Shown: positions 47,135 to 59,590 of the stretch, piece after piece | Layout of the letters: each line of letters starts with the position of its first letter | Position numbering within the stretch: the first letter of the stretch is position 1 | Origin: the human T2T-CHM13v2.0 reference genome, Homo sapiens | Reading direction: 5' to 3' (one strand) | Length of the DNA stretch: 64,000 nt | Assembly: GCF_009914755.1 (NCBI RefSeq) | Contig: NC_060927.1 | Position numbers and translations under genes: made by a program | The notes under the pieces: model-generated | What the model was told of the DNA's origin: nothing | Database searches by the model: none | The model's input: the letters and a program-made list of their open reading frames with translations, nothing else

Positions 47135-47345
47135 AATTGGTGAGGTGAGAAAGAGCAGCGATTTGGAATCAGACCCAGGGACAATCCCAGGCCCCTTCCT
47201 TTTGAGCTGTGCAGCCCTGGGAAAATCATTTCACCTCTCTGAGTCTCAGTGTTTCCAACTATAAAATAGTCATGATAAACTCTCCCCAGAAGGGATGTCA
47301 GAGGCTGCCAGCACAGTGCCTGGCACATAATAGGTGCTCAATAGA
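47135..47345 (+). mobile_element. MIR
   Basis: CACCTCTCTGAGTCTCAGTG...CACAGTGCCTGGCACATAATAGGTGCTCAATA. Confidence 0.8.
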
Positions 47346-48019
47346 TAAAAAATTAAACCCATGGGTGCCTGGGGCCCTGATTGCCCTTACCTGTGTTACA
47401 CATACACAGCCTATAGTTGCTAATTAAGTCTCCCCAAGAAGAAATGTCTGGAAGTAACTCTGGGGAAAAACAGGGAAGTCCCCAGGAAGGGAGTGCTGCA
47501 GCAGATTCAAAAAACAAAAGCTAAGATTTGGCCTGGAACTTTCCTTGGCTGTGACACCACCCCAGATAGCTGGGCCCTTAGTGGGGCAGAGAAGAATGAC
47601 CCTGGGGCCTCATGTCCCATTTAGGGACTCTTCCTCCCTCCATCCAGCCCCCAGACACCCTCCTTTTTTTTGTTTAAGGCAAGCCAGATCTAGCACCCAG
47701 GAGAGCTGCTGGCATTCAGCAGCCTCTGAACACCATGGCCCAGAGGTCTATTGGCTATGGGGTGATAGTTTTTGATGACCTGAATCACTGCCCTGAGATA
47801 AAGTCATGAGGTAGGAAGGACAAGATTTGATCTTTGACTGGGTATGAAGAGATATAAGGGAGTCAAAGGAGAGTCCTGGTTTCTGGTCTAAACAAGAGGT
47901 GAACCAAAAATGGGCAAAGAAGGAGAAACGGTTCGTTTCACTGGGATAGGACATGCAGGAGGAGGAAGGTTTGTGGCAGGGAGAGAGCATGCATTTATTT
48001 GGGCAGGTGGAAGAGAGTT

Positions 48020-48500
48020 ACATCGGGATTAATTTCAGCTCCTGGTAACAGACCCAACACACAGGGGTATTCCGTTTTGTTTGTTTGTTTTTCTTCTCTC
48101 ATAAAAGAAGTCCAGATAAGCATCCATGGCAGATCTTGAGGCTCTACTAAGTTATCGAGGATCCAGACTGCTCCCGTCTTTTTGCTCCTCTACATGTGAC
48201 TGTCATCCTTAAAAATCTTCTTGTGATCCAAGATGGCAGTGAAGTCAGGCATTACACCTCATTCCAGACGGTGAAAAGGAGAAAGGGGGAGAGGGACAAG
48301 GATGTGACTCCAAGTTAACTGAGCTTCTTTGAAGGAGCCTAGAAGTCCCGCATGACACTTTCACTTCTCAATGGCTAGAACTAGGTCACATGACCACAAC
48401 CACTTGCAAGGAAGGCTAGGAAATACCTTTATTGTGGACAGCCATTTGCCCATATTTAGAAATATCAGGAATCTGTTACCAGGTAAAAGGGGAGGATAGC
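48020..48500 (-). mobile_element. Old MaLR LTR (MLT1-like)
   Basis: ATCCAAGATGGC, ATGGCTAGAACTAGGTCACATGACCAC...TGCAAGGAAGGCTAGGAAAT. Confidence 0.65.
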
Positions 48501-48535
48501 TGCAGGAATGCAACCGGCAGTCTCTGCTATAATCT

Positions 48536-48825
48536 GAGGAGAGCAAAGATCACCTGGTTACCATCAAGCAGGCTATCCAGAGGCAAAACACGTTATCTGA
48601 GGAATTCAGAAGTAATTAGGCCTTCTTATTATCTAAAGCAGGCATCTGTTCCAGGTTTCTTTCCCAAAATATTATAAGTAACTAGAATTTCTGCACATCT
48701 CTGCAATTCATGCATATGGAAACTCATTGTGCAACCCTTGCTGATATTAAGGCACCAAAATGTCTACAAATATAATCATTTATGACCTACATGGCTTATG
48801 TTTCATTATGTAGATTCCTCTCGTG
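48536..48825 (+). mobile_element. ERV1 MER4-group LTR 5' portion
   Basis: ATCACCTGGTTACCATCAAGCAGG...TTATCTGAGGAATTCAGAAGTAATTAG. Confidence 0.55.
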
Positions 48826-48854
48826 CCATCTCCAGGCTTTTAGGTCCAGAGTTG

Positions 48855-49718
48855 TGTTGATGAAAAAGCCAAACTTTGTGAAATATCTGAAGAGATTTAT
48901 TCTGATCCAAATGTGAGGACCATGACCTGTGACACAGCATCAGGAGGTCCTGAGAACATATGCCCAAGGTGGATGGGTTACAGCTTGATTTTATATGTTT
49001 TAGGGAGACATAAGGCATCAATCAATATATGTAATGTACACATTTGTTTGGTCCTGAAAGGTGGGAAAATTCAAAATGGGTGAGGGAGTGATTTTCTTAT
49101 TGGCAATTGCTTGAAAGAATTAAGTTTTTATCTAAAGACCTGGAATCAATAGAAAGAAGTATCCAGGCTAGAATAAGGGCTTGTAGAGACCAAGGTTCTT
49201 ATTATGTAGATGAAGTCTCACAGGTGGCCACTCTTAGAGGCAATAGATGGCAAATGTTTTCTATTCAGACCTTTAAAAATGTGCTAGACTCTCAGCTAAT
49301 TTCTTTAGGATCAGAAAAAGACCTGGAAAGGGAAAGAGATTCTCTACAGAATATAAATTTCTCCCTTGGCAGGGCAATTTAAGAGTATCTCAAAGAAATA
49401 TATTTTGGGGTAAAATATTTTTATTTCTTTCAGGGCCTGCTATCTGTTATGTGATGCTATACTAGAGTCGGATTGGAATTTGGTAACTTACTGCTATAAA
49501 CAGTCTGTTTTCTCCCTCTTAAGATCTCTGTTTTCACGTTAATGATGGTCAGTTGTGCCTGAGTTCCAAAGGGAGGAGAGTATAATGAGGCATGTCTGAC
49601 CTCCCCACCTTCCCATCATGGCGTGAACTAGTCTTTCAGGTTTCCCTGGACTCCCCCTAGCTAAGAGGAGGTGTCTATTCATTGGTTGCGAGGCTTAGAA
49701 TTTTATTTTTGGTTTACA
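48855..49718 (-). mobile_element. MER4-family solo LTR
   Basis: Reverse strand TGTAAACCAAAAATAAAATTCTAAGCC...TCATCAACA; perfect 4-bp TSD GTTG at 48851-48854 and 49719-49722. Confidence 0.85.
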
Positions 49719-50458
49719 GTTGTCTCTAGTGATCAACTCCTGTCCCTCCTGGTAGACAGGAGAGGTGGGACACTTTTACAAATCTATTTCCTACTTTTAG
49801 ATAAATAGAGGGCAGAGGTCTTTCCATGTATCTGTTTCTTCTCAATTGTCTTCAGCAGGGTGAGGGACAGGTGTGGTGATAATGAAGGAGGGAGGGACTG
49901 TTCCGAGAGTGTGACATGTGGATGTGAGATGCTGCTGGTGGAGTGGGGCTCTGTAATGGGGAGGTCTGCAGTGTGGCTGTGGGTGTGAGTGGCTGAGGCA
50001 GAAGACAAATGAAGGCCCTGGCTGTCTGCAGCCCCAGAGGCTAGGATATTGGATGGGTCAGCCTCTGGGCACTGGAGACTCCAGGGTGAGGACAGGACCT
50101 GCAGTGAGGAGGGAGGCGGTGAGAGGGAAGTGCCCAGGAGGGTAGGATGTGTCAGCACTGAGCAGGAATGAGGGTGACAGAGCTGTACTGAAGCTGCTGT
50201 TAAAGTGAACTAAATATGGTGGCCTGAGAAGGATTCTGTACTCCTATAGTTAAGTCCTTGCGGACGAACTGCAGCCTAGTTTAATAGGTAGACAAGATTG
50301 AAAATCTAACTTAGGAGTATGTGCCTGTAACAATAGCTAAGTCTTGGCCAATTCCAGCAGCTGTACTTCAACCATTCAGTCATTGCTGAGCGTTCATACT
50401 GTTCAAATAAGGCAAACACCAAGCTGTACCTGTACCTCATTTCTGATTTCTGTATGTC

Positions 50459-50866
50459 TGTCAGGCCTCTGAGCCCAAGCTAAGCCATCATATCCCCTGT
50501 GACCTGCACGTACACATCCAGATGGCCAGTTCCTGCCTTAACTGATGACATTCCACCACAAAAGAAGTGGAAATGGCCTGTTCCTGCCTTAACTGATGAC
50601 ATTATCTTGTGAAGTTCCTTCTGGCTCATCCTGGCTCAAAAGCTCCCCTACTGAGCACCTTGTGACCCCCACTCCTGCCCACCAGAGAACAACCCCCTTT
50701 GACTGTAATTTTCCTTTACCTACCCAAATCTTATAAAACGGCCCCACCCCTATCTCCCTTTGCTGACTCTCTTTTCGGACTTAGCCCACCTGCACCCAGG
50801 TGATTAAAAGCTTTATTGCTCACACAAAGCCTGTTTGGTGGTCTCCTCACATGGACAAGCACGAAA
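50459..50866 (+). promoter_or_regulatory. HERV-H 5' LTR (LTR7B-like)
   Basis: TGTCAGGCCTCTGAGCCCAAGCTAAGCC; duplicated TTCCTGCCTTAACTGATGACATT; TATAAAA at 50732; GCCCCACCCC box; ATTAAA signal. Confidence 0.9.
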
Positions 50867-51529
50867 TTTGGTGCTGTGACTCGGATCAGGGGACCTCCCT
50901 TGGGAGATCAATCCCCTGTCCTCCTGCTTTTTGCTCTGTGAAAAAGATCCACCTACGACCTCGGGTCCTCAGACCCACCAGCCCAAGGAACATCTCACCA
51001 ATTTTAAATCAGGTAAGTGGCCTCTTCTTATTCTCTTCTCCAACGTCTCCCACTATCCCTCAACCACTTTCTCCTTTCAATCTTGGCACCACCCTTCAAT
51101 CTCTCCCTTCTCTTAATTTCAGTTCCTTTCCTTTTCTGGTACAGATGAAGAGAGATGCGTTTTATCCGTGGACCCAAAACTCCGGTGCCGGTCACAGACT
51201 CAGGAAGACAGTCTTCCCTTGATGTTTAATCATGGGGGGGAAACCTGCCTGATTATTCACCCACGTTTCAGAGGTGTCTGACCACGCAGGGACACCTGCC
51301 TTGGTCCTTCACCCTTAGCAGCAAGTCCTGCTTTTCTGGGGGAGGGGCAAGGACCCCCACCCCTTCTCTCCCTGTCTCTACCCCTTCTCTGCTTTTCTGG
51401 GGGGCAAGAAACCCCCAAATCCTTCTCCTTCACCCTTAGTGGCAAGTACCGCTTTTCTAGGGGGCAAGAACCCCCCAACCCCTTCTCTCCATGTCTCTAC
51501 CCCTTCTCTGCTTTTCTGGGGGCAAGAAC

Positions 51530-51685
51530 CCCCCAATCCCTTATTTCCACACCCCAACCTCTTATCTCTGTGCCCTGATCCCTTATTTCCACACCCCGAC
51601 CTCTTATCTCTGCACCCCAATCCCTTATTTCTGTGCCCCAACCTCTTATCTCTGCACCCCGATCCCTTATTTCTGTGCCCTGACC
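51530..51685 (+). repeat. HERV-H leader tandem repeats (alternating CCCTTATTTC / CTCTTATCTCTG units)
   Basis: Direct reading; about 41-bp period, 3-4 copies. Confidence 0.85.
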
Positions 51686-51775
51686 CCTTTTCCACTTTTC
51701 TGGAGGACAAGAGCCCCCCCACCCCTTCTCTCCGTGTCTCTACTCTCTCTTTTCTCTGGGCTTGCCTCCTTCACT

Positions 51776-54700
51776 ATGGGCAAGCTTCTTCCCCCTTCTT
51801 CTCCCTTAGCCTGTGTTCTTAAAAACCTAAAACCTCTTCAACTCACACCTGACCTAAAACCTAAATGCCTTATTTTCTTCTACAATGCTGCTTGACCCCA
51901 GTACAAACTCGACAGCGGTTCCAAATAGCCAGAAAACGGCACTTTCAATTTTTCCATCCTACAAGATCTAAATAATTCTTGTCATAAAATAGGCAAACGG
52001 TCTGAGGTGCCTGGCATCCAGGCACTCTTTTACACATCAGTCCCTCCCTAGTCTCTGTTCCCAATGCAGCTTGTCCCAAATCTTCCTTCTTTCCCTCCCA
52101 CCTGTCCCTTCAGTCCCAACCCCAAGTGTCGCTGAGTCCTTCTAATCTTCCTTTTCTACAGACCCATCTGACCTCTCCCCTCCTTGCCAGGCCGAGCTAG
52201 GTCCCAATTCTTCCTCAGCCTCCGCTCCTCCATCCTATAATCCTTTAATCACCTTCCCTCCTCACACCTGGTCTGGCTTAGAGTTTCGTTCCGTGACTAG
52301 CCCTCCCCAACCTGCCCAGCAATTTCCTCTTAAAAAGGTGGCTGGATCTAAAGGCATAGTCAAGGTTAATTCTCCTTTTCCTTATCCCAAATCAGAGAGT
52401 GTTTAGGCTCTTTTTTGTCAAATATAAAAACCCAGCCCAGTTCATGGCTCTTTTGGCAGCAACCCTGAGATGCTTTACAGCCCTAGACCCTGAAAGGTCA
52501 AAAGGCCGTCTTATTCTCAATATACATTTTATTACTCAATCTGCTCCCAAAATTAAATAAAACTCCAAAAATTAAATTCCGGCCCTCAAACCCCACAACA
52601 GGACTTAATTAACCTCACCTTCAAGGTGTACAATAATAAAGTAGAGGCAGCCAAGTAGCAACATATTTGAGTTGCAATTCCTTGCCTCCACTGTGAGACA
52701 AACCCCAGCCACATCTCCAGCACACAAGAACTTCCAAATGCCTAAACCGCAGTGGCCAGGCATTCCTCCAGGCCCGCCTCCCCCAGGAGCTTCCTACAAG
52801 TGCCAGAAATCTGGCCATCAGGCCAAGGAATGCCCGCAGCCTGGGATTCCTCCTAAGCCATGTCCCATCTGTGCGGGACCCCACTGAAAATCAGACTGTT
52901 CAATTCGTGGGGCAGCCACTCCCAGAGCCCCTGGAACTCTGGCCCAAGGCTCTCTGACTGACTCCTTCCCAAATCTTCTTGGCTTAGCAACTGAAGACTG
53001 ACGCTGCCCGATCACCTCGGAAGCTCCCTAGACCATCACGGACGCTGAGCTTCGGGTAACTCTCACAGTGGAGGGTAAGTCTGTCCCCTTCTTAATCAAT
53101 ACGGAGGCTACCCACTCCACATTACCTTCTTTTCAAGGGTCTGTTTCCCTTGACTCCATAACTGTTGTGGGTATTGACGGCCAAGCTTCAAAACCCCTGA
53201 AAACTCCCCCACTCTTGTGCCAACTTGGACAACACTCTTTTATGCACTCTTTTTTAGTTATCCCCACCTGCCCAGTTTCCTTATTAGGCTGAGATATTTT
53301 AACCAAATTATCTGCTTCCCTGACTATTCCTGGACTACAGTCGCATCTCATTGCCGCCCTTCTCCCCAACCCAAAGCCTCCTTTGCGTCTTCCTCTCGTA
53401 TCCCCCCCACCTTAACCCACAAGTGTAGGACATCTCTACTCCTTCCCTGGCAACCGATCACATGCCCGTTACCATCCCATTAAAACCTAATCACCCTTAC
53501 CCCACTCAATGCCAATATCCCATCCCACAGCATGCTTTAAAAGGATTAAAGCCTGTTATCACTTGCCTGCTACAGCATGGGCTTCTAAAACCTATAAACT
53601 CTCCTTACAATTCCCCCATTTTACCTCTCCAAAACCGGACAAGTCTTACAGGTCAGTTCAGGATCTGCGCCTTATCAACCAAATTGTTTTGCCTATCCAC
53701 CCTGTGGTGCCCAACCTGTACACTCTTTTTTTCTCAATACCTTCCTCCACAACCCATTATTCTGTTCTGGATCTCAAACATGCTTTCTTTACTATTCCTT
53801 TGCACCCTTCATCCCAGCCTCTCTTCGCTTTCACTTAGACTGACCCTGACACCCATCAGGCTCAGCAAATTACCTGGGCTGTACTGCCGCAAGGCTTCAC
53901 AGATAGCCCCCATTACTTCAGTCAAGCCCAAATTTCTTCCTCATCTGTTACCTGTTTCAGCATAATTCTCATAAAAACACACATGCTCTCCCTGCCGATC
54001 GTGTCTGACTGATCTCTCAAACCCCAACACCTTCTACATCCTGGGCATGGTTGGATACTTTCACCTTTAGACACCTAGTTTTGCCATCCTAACAAAACCA
54101 TTATATAAACTCACCAAAGGAAACCTAGCTGACCCCATAGATCCTAAATCCTTTCCCCACTCCTTCTTCCATTCCTTGAAGACAGCTTTAGAGACTGCCC
54201 CCACTCTAGCTATCCCTGATTCATCCCAACCCTTTTCATTACCCACAACCAAAGGGCAATGCTGTGCAGTCAGAATTCTTACACAAGAACTGGGACTGCG
54301 CCCTGTAGCCTTTTTATCCAAACAACTTGGCCTTACTGTTTTGCCTATCCCTCAAGTCTGTGTGCGGTGACCACTGCTGCCCTAATACTTTTAGAGGCCC
54401 TCAAAATCACAAACTATGCTCAACTCACTCTCTAAAGCTCTCATAATTTCCAAAATCTATTTTCTTCCTCACACCTGACGCATATACTTTCTGCTCCCTG
54501 GCTTCTTCAGCTATACTCACTCTTTGTTGAGTCTCCCACAATTACCATTGTTCCTGGCCCAGACTTCAATCCAGCCTCCCACATTATTCCAGATACCACA
54601 CCTGACCCTCATGACTGCATCTCTCTGATCCACCTGACATTCACTCCATTTCCCCATATTTCCTTCTTCCCTGTTTCTCACCCTGAACACACTTGGTTTA

Positions 54701-54960
54701 TTGATGGTAGTTCCACCAGGCCTAATCGCCACACACCAGCAAAGGCAGGCTATGCTACAGTACAAGCCACCAGCCTGCCTCTTAGAACCTCTCATTTCCT
54801 TTCCATCGTGGAAATCTATCCTCAAGGAAGTAACTTCTTCCATCTGCTATTCTACTACTCCTCAGGGATTATTTAGGCCCCCTCCCTTCCCTACACATCA
54901 AGCTCAAGGATTTGCCCCCACCCAGGACTGGCAACTCTTAACTCCCTCTTAGAGTGGATA
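51776..54960 (+). pseudogene. HERV-H gag-pro-pol remnants with deleted pol
   Basis: Zinc-knuckle region SYKCQKSGHQAKEC...CPICAGPH; protease FLINTEATHS (catalytic DTG lost); [11 protein letters not shown] and VLDLKHAFF; no YxDD; integrase mostly missing. Confidence 0.9.
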
Positions 54961-54961
54961 G

Positions 54962-56715
54962 ATGATCTTTGCTGGCAGGGGACCCTCCAATACTTTCACC
55001 CTTACTTTTATACTATTCCTTACTTTTATACTCACTCTTATTCTCATTCCCATTCTTATGCCACTCTCTACCTCTCCCCAGCTATCTCCACCACACTATC
55101 AACCTTACCCATTCTCTCCTAGCCACTTCTAATCCCTCCTTAGTGAACAACTGCTGGCTTTGCATTTCCCTTTCTTCCAGTGCCTACACAGCTGTCCCCG
55201 CCTTACAGACAGACTGAGCAACATCTTCTGTCTCCTTACACCTCCGAACTTCCTTTAACAGCCCTCACCTTTACCCTCCTGAAGAACTCATTTACTTTCT
55301 AGACAGGTCCAGCAAGACTACCCCAGACATTTCACATCAGCAAGCTGCCGTCCTCCTCCACACTTACTTAAAAAACCTTTCTCCTTATATTAACTCTACT
55401 CCCCCCTTATTTGGACCCCTCACAACACAAACTACTATTCCTGTGGCTGCTCCTTTATGTATCTCTCAGCAAAAACCCACCAGAATTCCCCTAGGTAATC
55501 TTTCACCTTCTCGATGTTCCTTCACTCTTCATCTCCAAAGCCCAACTACACACATCACTGAAACAATTGGAGCCTTCCAGCTCCATATTACAGATAAGCC
55601 CTCTATCAATACTGGCAAACTTAAAAATGTTAGCAGTAATTATTGCTTAGGAAGACACTTACCCTGTATTTCACTCCATCCTTGGCTACCTTCCCCTTGC
55701 TCGTCAGACTGTCCTCCCAGGCCCTTTTCTTGTTTACTTATACCCAGCCCTGAAAATAGCAGTGAAAGTTTGCTGGTAGATACTCAACGTTTTCTCATAC
55801 ACCATGAAAATCGAACCTCCCCCTCTACACAGTTACCCCATCAGTCCCCATTACAACCTCTGACAGCTGCCGCCCTAGCTGGATCCCTAGGAGTCTGGGT
55901 ACAAGACACCCCTTTCAGCACTCCTTCTCATCTTTTTACTTTGCATCTCCAGTTTTGCCTCTCACAAGGTCTCTTCTTCCCCTGTGGATCCTCCACCTAC
56001 ATGTGTCTACCTGCTAATTGGACAGGCACATGCACACTAGTTGTCCTTACCCAGAAAATTCAATTTGCAAATGGGACCGAAGAGCTCCCTGTTCCCCTCA
56101 TGACACCAACATGACAAAAATGAGTTATTCCACTAATTTCCCTGCTGGTCGGTTTAGGACTTTCCACCTCCACTATTGCTCTCGGTACTGGAATAGCAGG
56201 CATTTCAACCTCTGTCACGACCTTCCGTAGCCTGTCTAATGACTTCTCTGCTAGCATCACAGACATATCACAAACTTTATCAGTCCTCCAGGCCCAAGTT
56301 GACTCTTTAGCTGCAGTTGTCCTCCAAAACCGCCGAGGCCTTGACTTACTCACTGCTGAAAAAGGAGGACTCTGTATATTCTTAAATGAAAAGTGTTGTT
56401 TTTACCTAAATCAATCTGGCCTGGTGTATGACAACATAAACAAACTCAAGGATAGAGCCCAAAAACTTGCCAACCAAGCAAGTAATTATGCTGAACCCCC
56501 TTGGGCACTCTAATTGGATGTCCTGGGTCCTCCCAATTCTTATTCCTTTAATACTCATTTTTCTCCTTCTTTTATTCGGACCTTGTATCTTCCGTTTAGT
56601 TTCTCAATTCATCCAAAACCGTATCCAGGCCATCACCAATCATTCTATATGACAAATGTTTCTTCTAACATCCCCACAATATCACCCCTTACCACAAAAT
56701 CTCCCTTCAGCTTAA
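54962..56715 (+). pseudogene. HERV-H env, full length but disrupted
   Basis: MIFAG start, CWLC motif, 223-codon open SU stretch, LQNRRGLDLLTAEKGGLC immunosuppressive domain, CX6CC, TM, ends LPSA*; stops at 55215, 56112, 56121 and 56650 plus frameshifts. Confidence 0.92.
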
Positions 56716-56881
56716 TCTCTCCCACTCTAGGTTCCCACGCCGCCCCTAATCCCGCTTGAAGCAGCCCTGAGAAACATCGCCCATTCTCTCTCTCCGTATC
56801 ACCCCCCAAAAAAATTTTCACTGTTCCAACACTTTACCACTATTTCATTTTATTTTTCTTATTAATATAAGAAGACAGGAA

Positions 56882-57289
56882 TGTCAGGCCTCTGAGCCCA
56901 AGCTAAGCCATCATATCCCCTGTGACCTGCATGGACACATCCAGATGGCCAGTTCCTGCCTTAACTGATGACATTCCACCACAAAAGAAGTGAAAATGGC
57001 CTGTTCCTGCCTTAACTGATGACATTATCTTGTGAAATTCCTTCTGGCTTATCCTGGCTCAAAAGCTCCCCTACCGAGCACCTTGTGACCCCCACTCCTG
57101 CCTGCCAGAGAACAACCCCCTTTGACTATAATTTTCCTTTACCCACCCAAATCTTATAAAACAGCCCCACCCCTATCTCCCTTTGCTGACTCTCTTTTTG
57201 GACTCAGCCTGCCTGCACCCAGGTGATTAAAAGCTTTATTGCTCACACAAAGCCTGTTTGGTGGTCTCTTCACACGGACACGCATGAAA
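56882..57289 (+). promoter_or_regulatory. HERV-H 3' LTR (LTR7B-like)
   Basis: Colinear with the 5' LTR, about 19 substitutions in 408 bp by manual count. Confidence 0.92.
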
Positions 57290-57451
57290 ATGTCATTTCC
57301 CTTTTTTTGTCTATAAATCTTCTTCCACCATGTGGCTGCGCTGGAGTCTCTGTGAATCTGTTGTGATTCTGGGGACTGCCTGATTCATGAATCATTTGTT
57401 GCTCAGTTAAACTCCTTTAAATTTAATTTGGCTGAAGTTTTTCTTTTATCA

Positions 57452-58166
57452 TCACCTTTGCAAAAATTATAACTGAGACAATTATTACAGTGAAAGAGAT
57501 CTGGGCTAACTTACTCCATCTTGCTTCTACCCACCAAGCTGTCCTTGTTCATTCCTGGGTATAGGCCAGACAAAGTCCTGGGAAGAACTTACTTAGTTTA
57601 TGGTTTAGATCTGAAAGAAAGACAGTAACAGCCCTTTCCCAAAACAAATTTCCTCCTGCCTGGAGACTAGACTGCCTTTGCAGGACTAACAAATTAGCCA
57701 CAAGATTAGAAATTATGGTTTAGGAGTCATGCAGCCAGAGGCTGCAAGATTCTAAACCTCCCCAAATTGCTACTGTTGTAAAACCTAAGATCAGTGCTTA
57801 AGATATTTTGCAAACCCTGCACTGGATGGATCAGCTGGCACCACCCAGACAGATAAACTGGTTCCTCCGGTCTTGTGGCCCCCACTCAGAAACTGGCTCA
57901 GCACAAGAGGACAGCTTCAACTCCATATGATTTCATCTCTGACCTGACCAATCAGAGGTCCTGATTCACTGGCCCCGTACCCACCAAATTATCCTTAAAA
58001 ACTCTGATCCCCAAATTATTGGGGAGACTGATTTGAGTAATAATAAAACTCCAGTATCCACACAGCTGACTTTGCATGAATTACTCTTTCTCTATTGCAA
58101 TTCCCCTGTGTTGATAAATTGGCTCTGTCTAGGCAATGGGCAAGGTGAAACCATCTGGCAGTTACA
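57452..58166 (+). mobile_element. LTR8-family solo LTR
   Basis: CCTTTGCAAAAATTATAACTGAG...ACAGTGAAAGAGATC start, AATAAAACTCC, ends GGCAGTTACA. Confidence 0.82.
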
Positions 58167-58609
58167 AATTAGCAGAAGCCCCCAAAGAGAGGGGAATTTT
58201 ATACCAGGTGGTGGGGAAGTGGCATGGGAGTAGGGACAGCTGAGGTATAAGGCATGAAGGAGGAGTCACCTGCATTGAAGGAATGTGCAGGTAGCAGTGT
58301 CCTGGGGGCCAGACAGTGAAGGCAGGTGCTGGATGAGGCTTTCATTGTGAGGGGTAAGAATGAAGGGAGTTTGTTTTCTGTGAAACAGCAGTTACAGAGG
58401 CCTCTGTGGGAGGAGCTGGCTCCTTCTCAGTGAAGTGTGAGGAACTGACTACTTAGCAGGATGGGCACTGGCACCCTTGATGCCAGTGCTCTATCCCTCC
58501 CCCAAACTAGACCTAACGAATGGATTGTTGCACTCTTCCCTGGTGAGAGCCCTGCAGGGGCCCCTCAAGCCTCAACAGTTTCCTGGGATGTCACCACCAA
58601 TGAACTAGA

Positions 58610-58800
58610 TCAGAGGTTGGCAAATTACAGTCCACAGGCCAAATCCACCCTACTGCTTGTTTTTGTAAAAAAAAGAAAACAAAAAGTTTCATTGGAACAT
58701 TTGTTTATTTATTGTCTATGACTGCTTTCATGCTACAAGGGCACAGCTGAGCAGTTGTGACGGAGATGTTGTAGCCTGAAACCCTGAAATATCTATTACC
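58610..58800. mobile_element. MER58A-like hAT element
   Basis: CAGAGGTTGGCAAATTACAGTCCACAGGCCAAATCC...GTTTTTGTAAA. Confidence 0.75.
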
Positions 58801-58949
58801 ACTCACCCCCACAGCCACACTACAGATGTCCCCATAACTCAGCCTCTTAAGAAAAATTTTGCTGTATTAAAGTCTGTATGAGAGATTAAACACATTGCTC
58901 TCCTGGATTAGCGTAATACTCTGCTCAGGGATAAATGCATTTAAAATTT

Positions 58950-59590
58950 TTAAAATGTTTTTTAATGCTGAAAAAGTATGATGCAGTAAATGGCAAAAAG
59001 TGAACTGATCTTCAATGTACAGCCAACAGATTTTTACATATAAATATATTCATGTAGCCAACACCTAAATCATGATAAAGTACATTTCCAGTCCCCTCAA
59101 GGTTGCTTTCCACCTGATCACAGGCAGTAGCCCCACTCTTTGGCCACCTGACCTCTTACCTCTGACCTTTAACGTCATTAGTTTTTCCACCTCTTTAACT
59201 TCATGTGAAGGGAATGATAACATACGTAGCCTTTTGTTTCTGATGTCTTTCTTTCACCTTATGTCCATGAGATTCATCCACTTTGTTGCAGACACCTGTA
59301 TTTTATTCCTTTTTATTGCTGTATAGTATTCCATTGTACAGATGTCCACAGTTCAGGGGTTTTCTAATCCATTTTCCTCCTGATGGACATTTGGATGCTT
59401 TCAGTTTGGTGCTATAGTGGAAAAGGTTGTGATGAACATTCTTATATATGTGTTTTGCCAGATGCATGCACTTATGTCTCTCAAACATATACTTAGAAAT
59501 TGAATTTCTAGATCATGGAGTAGGTGTTTATTTTAGTAAATACTACCAAATAGTTTTCTAAAATTGTACCAATTTACATTTCATTTGCAA
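58950..59590 (-). mobile_element. Old L1M (L1ME-like) 3' fragment
   Basis: TTTTTATTGCTGTATAGTATTCCATTGTA, TGATGGACATTTGG. Confidence 0.75.

Larger units (their letters stand above)
50459..57289 (+). mobile_element. HERV-H provirus, 6831 bp, with two LTRs
   Basis: 408-bp LTRs, His-tRNA PBS TGGTGCTGTGACTCGGAT at 50869-50886, PPT AAGAAGACAGGAA at 56869-56881, TSD ATGTC at 50454-50458 and 57290-57294. Confidence 0.97.
50198..57451 (+). mobile_element. MER57-like LTR split by HERV-H (50198-50458 and 57295-57451)
   Basis: TGTTAAAGTGAACTAAATATGG..GCCTGAGAAGGA start; second half has CTATAAAT and ends TTTTCTTTTATCA. Confidence 0.8.

Noticed and set aside
51530-51685. Short periodic repeats superficially like a CRISPR array
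   Set aside because: No unique spacers; these are HERV-H leader repeats in eukaryotic DNA
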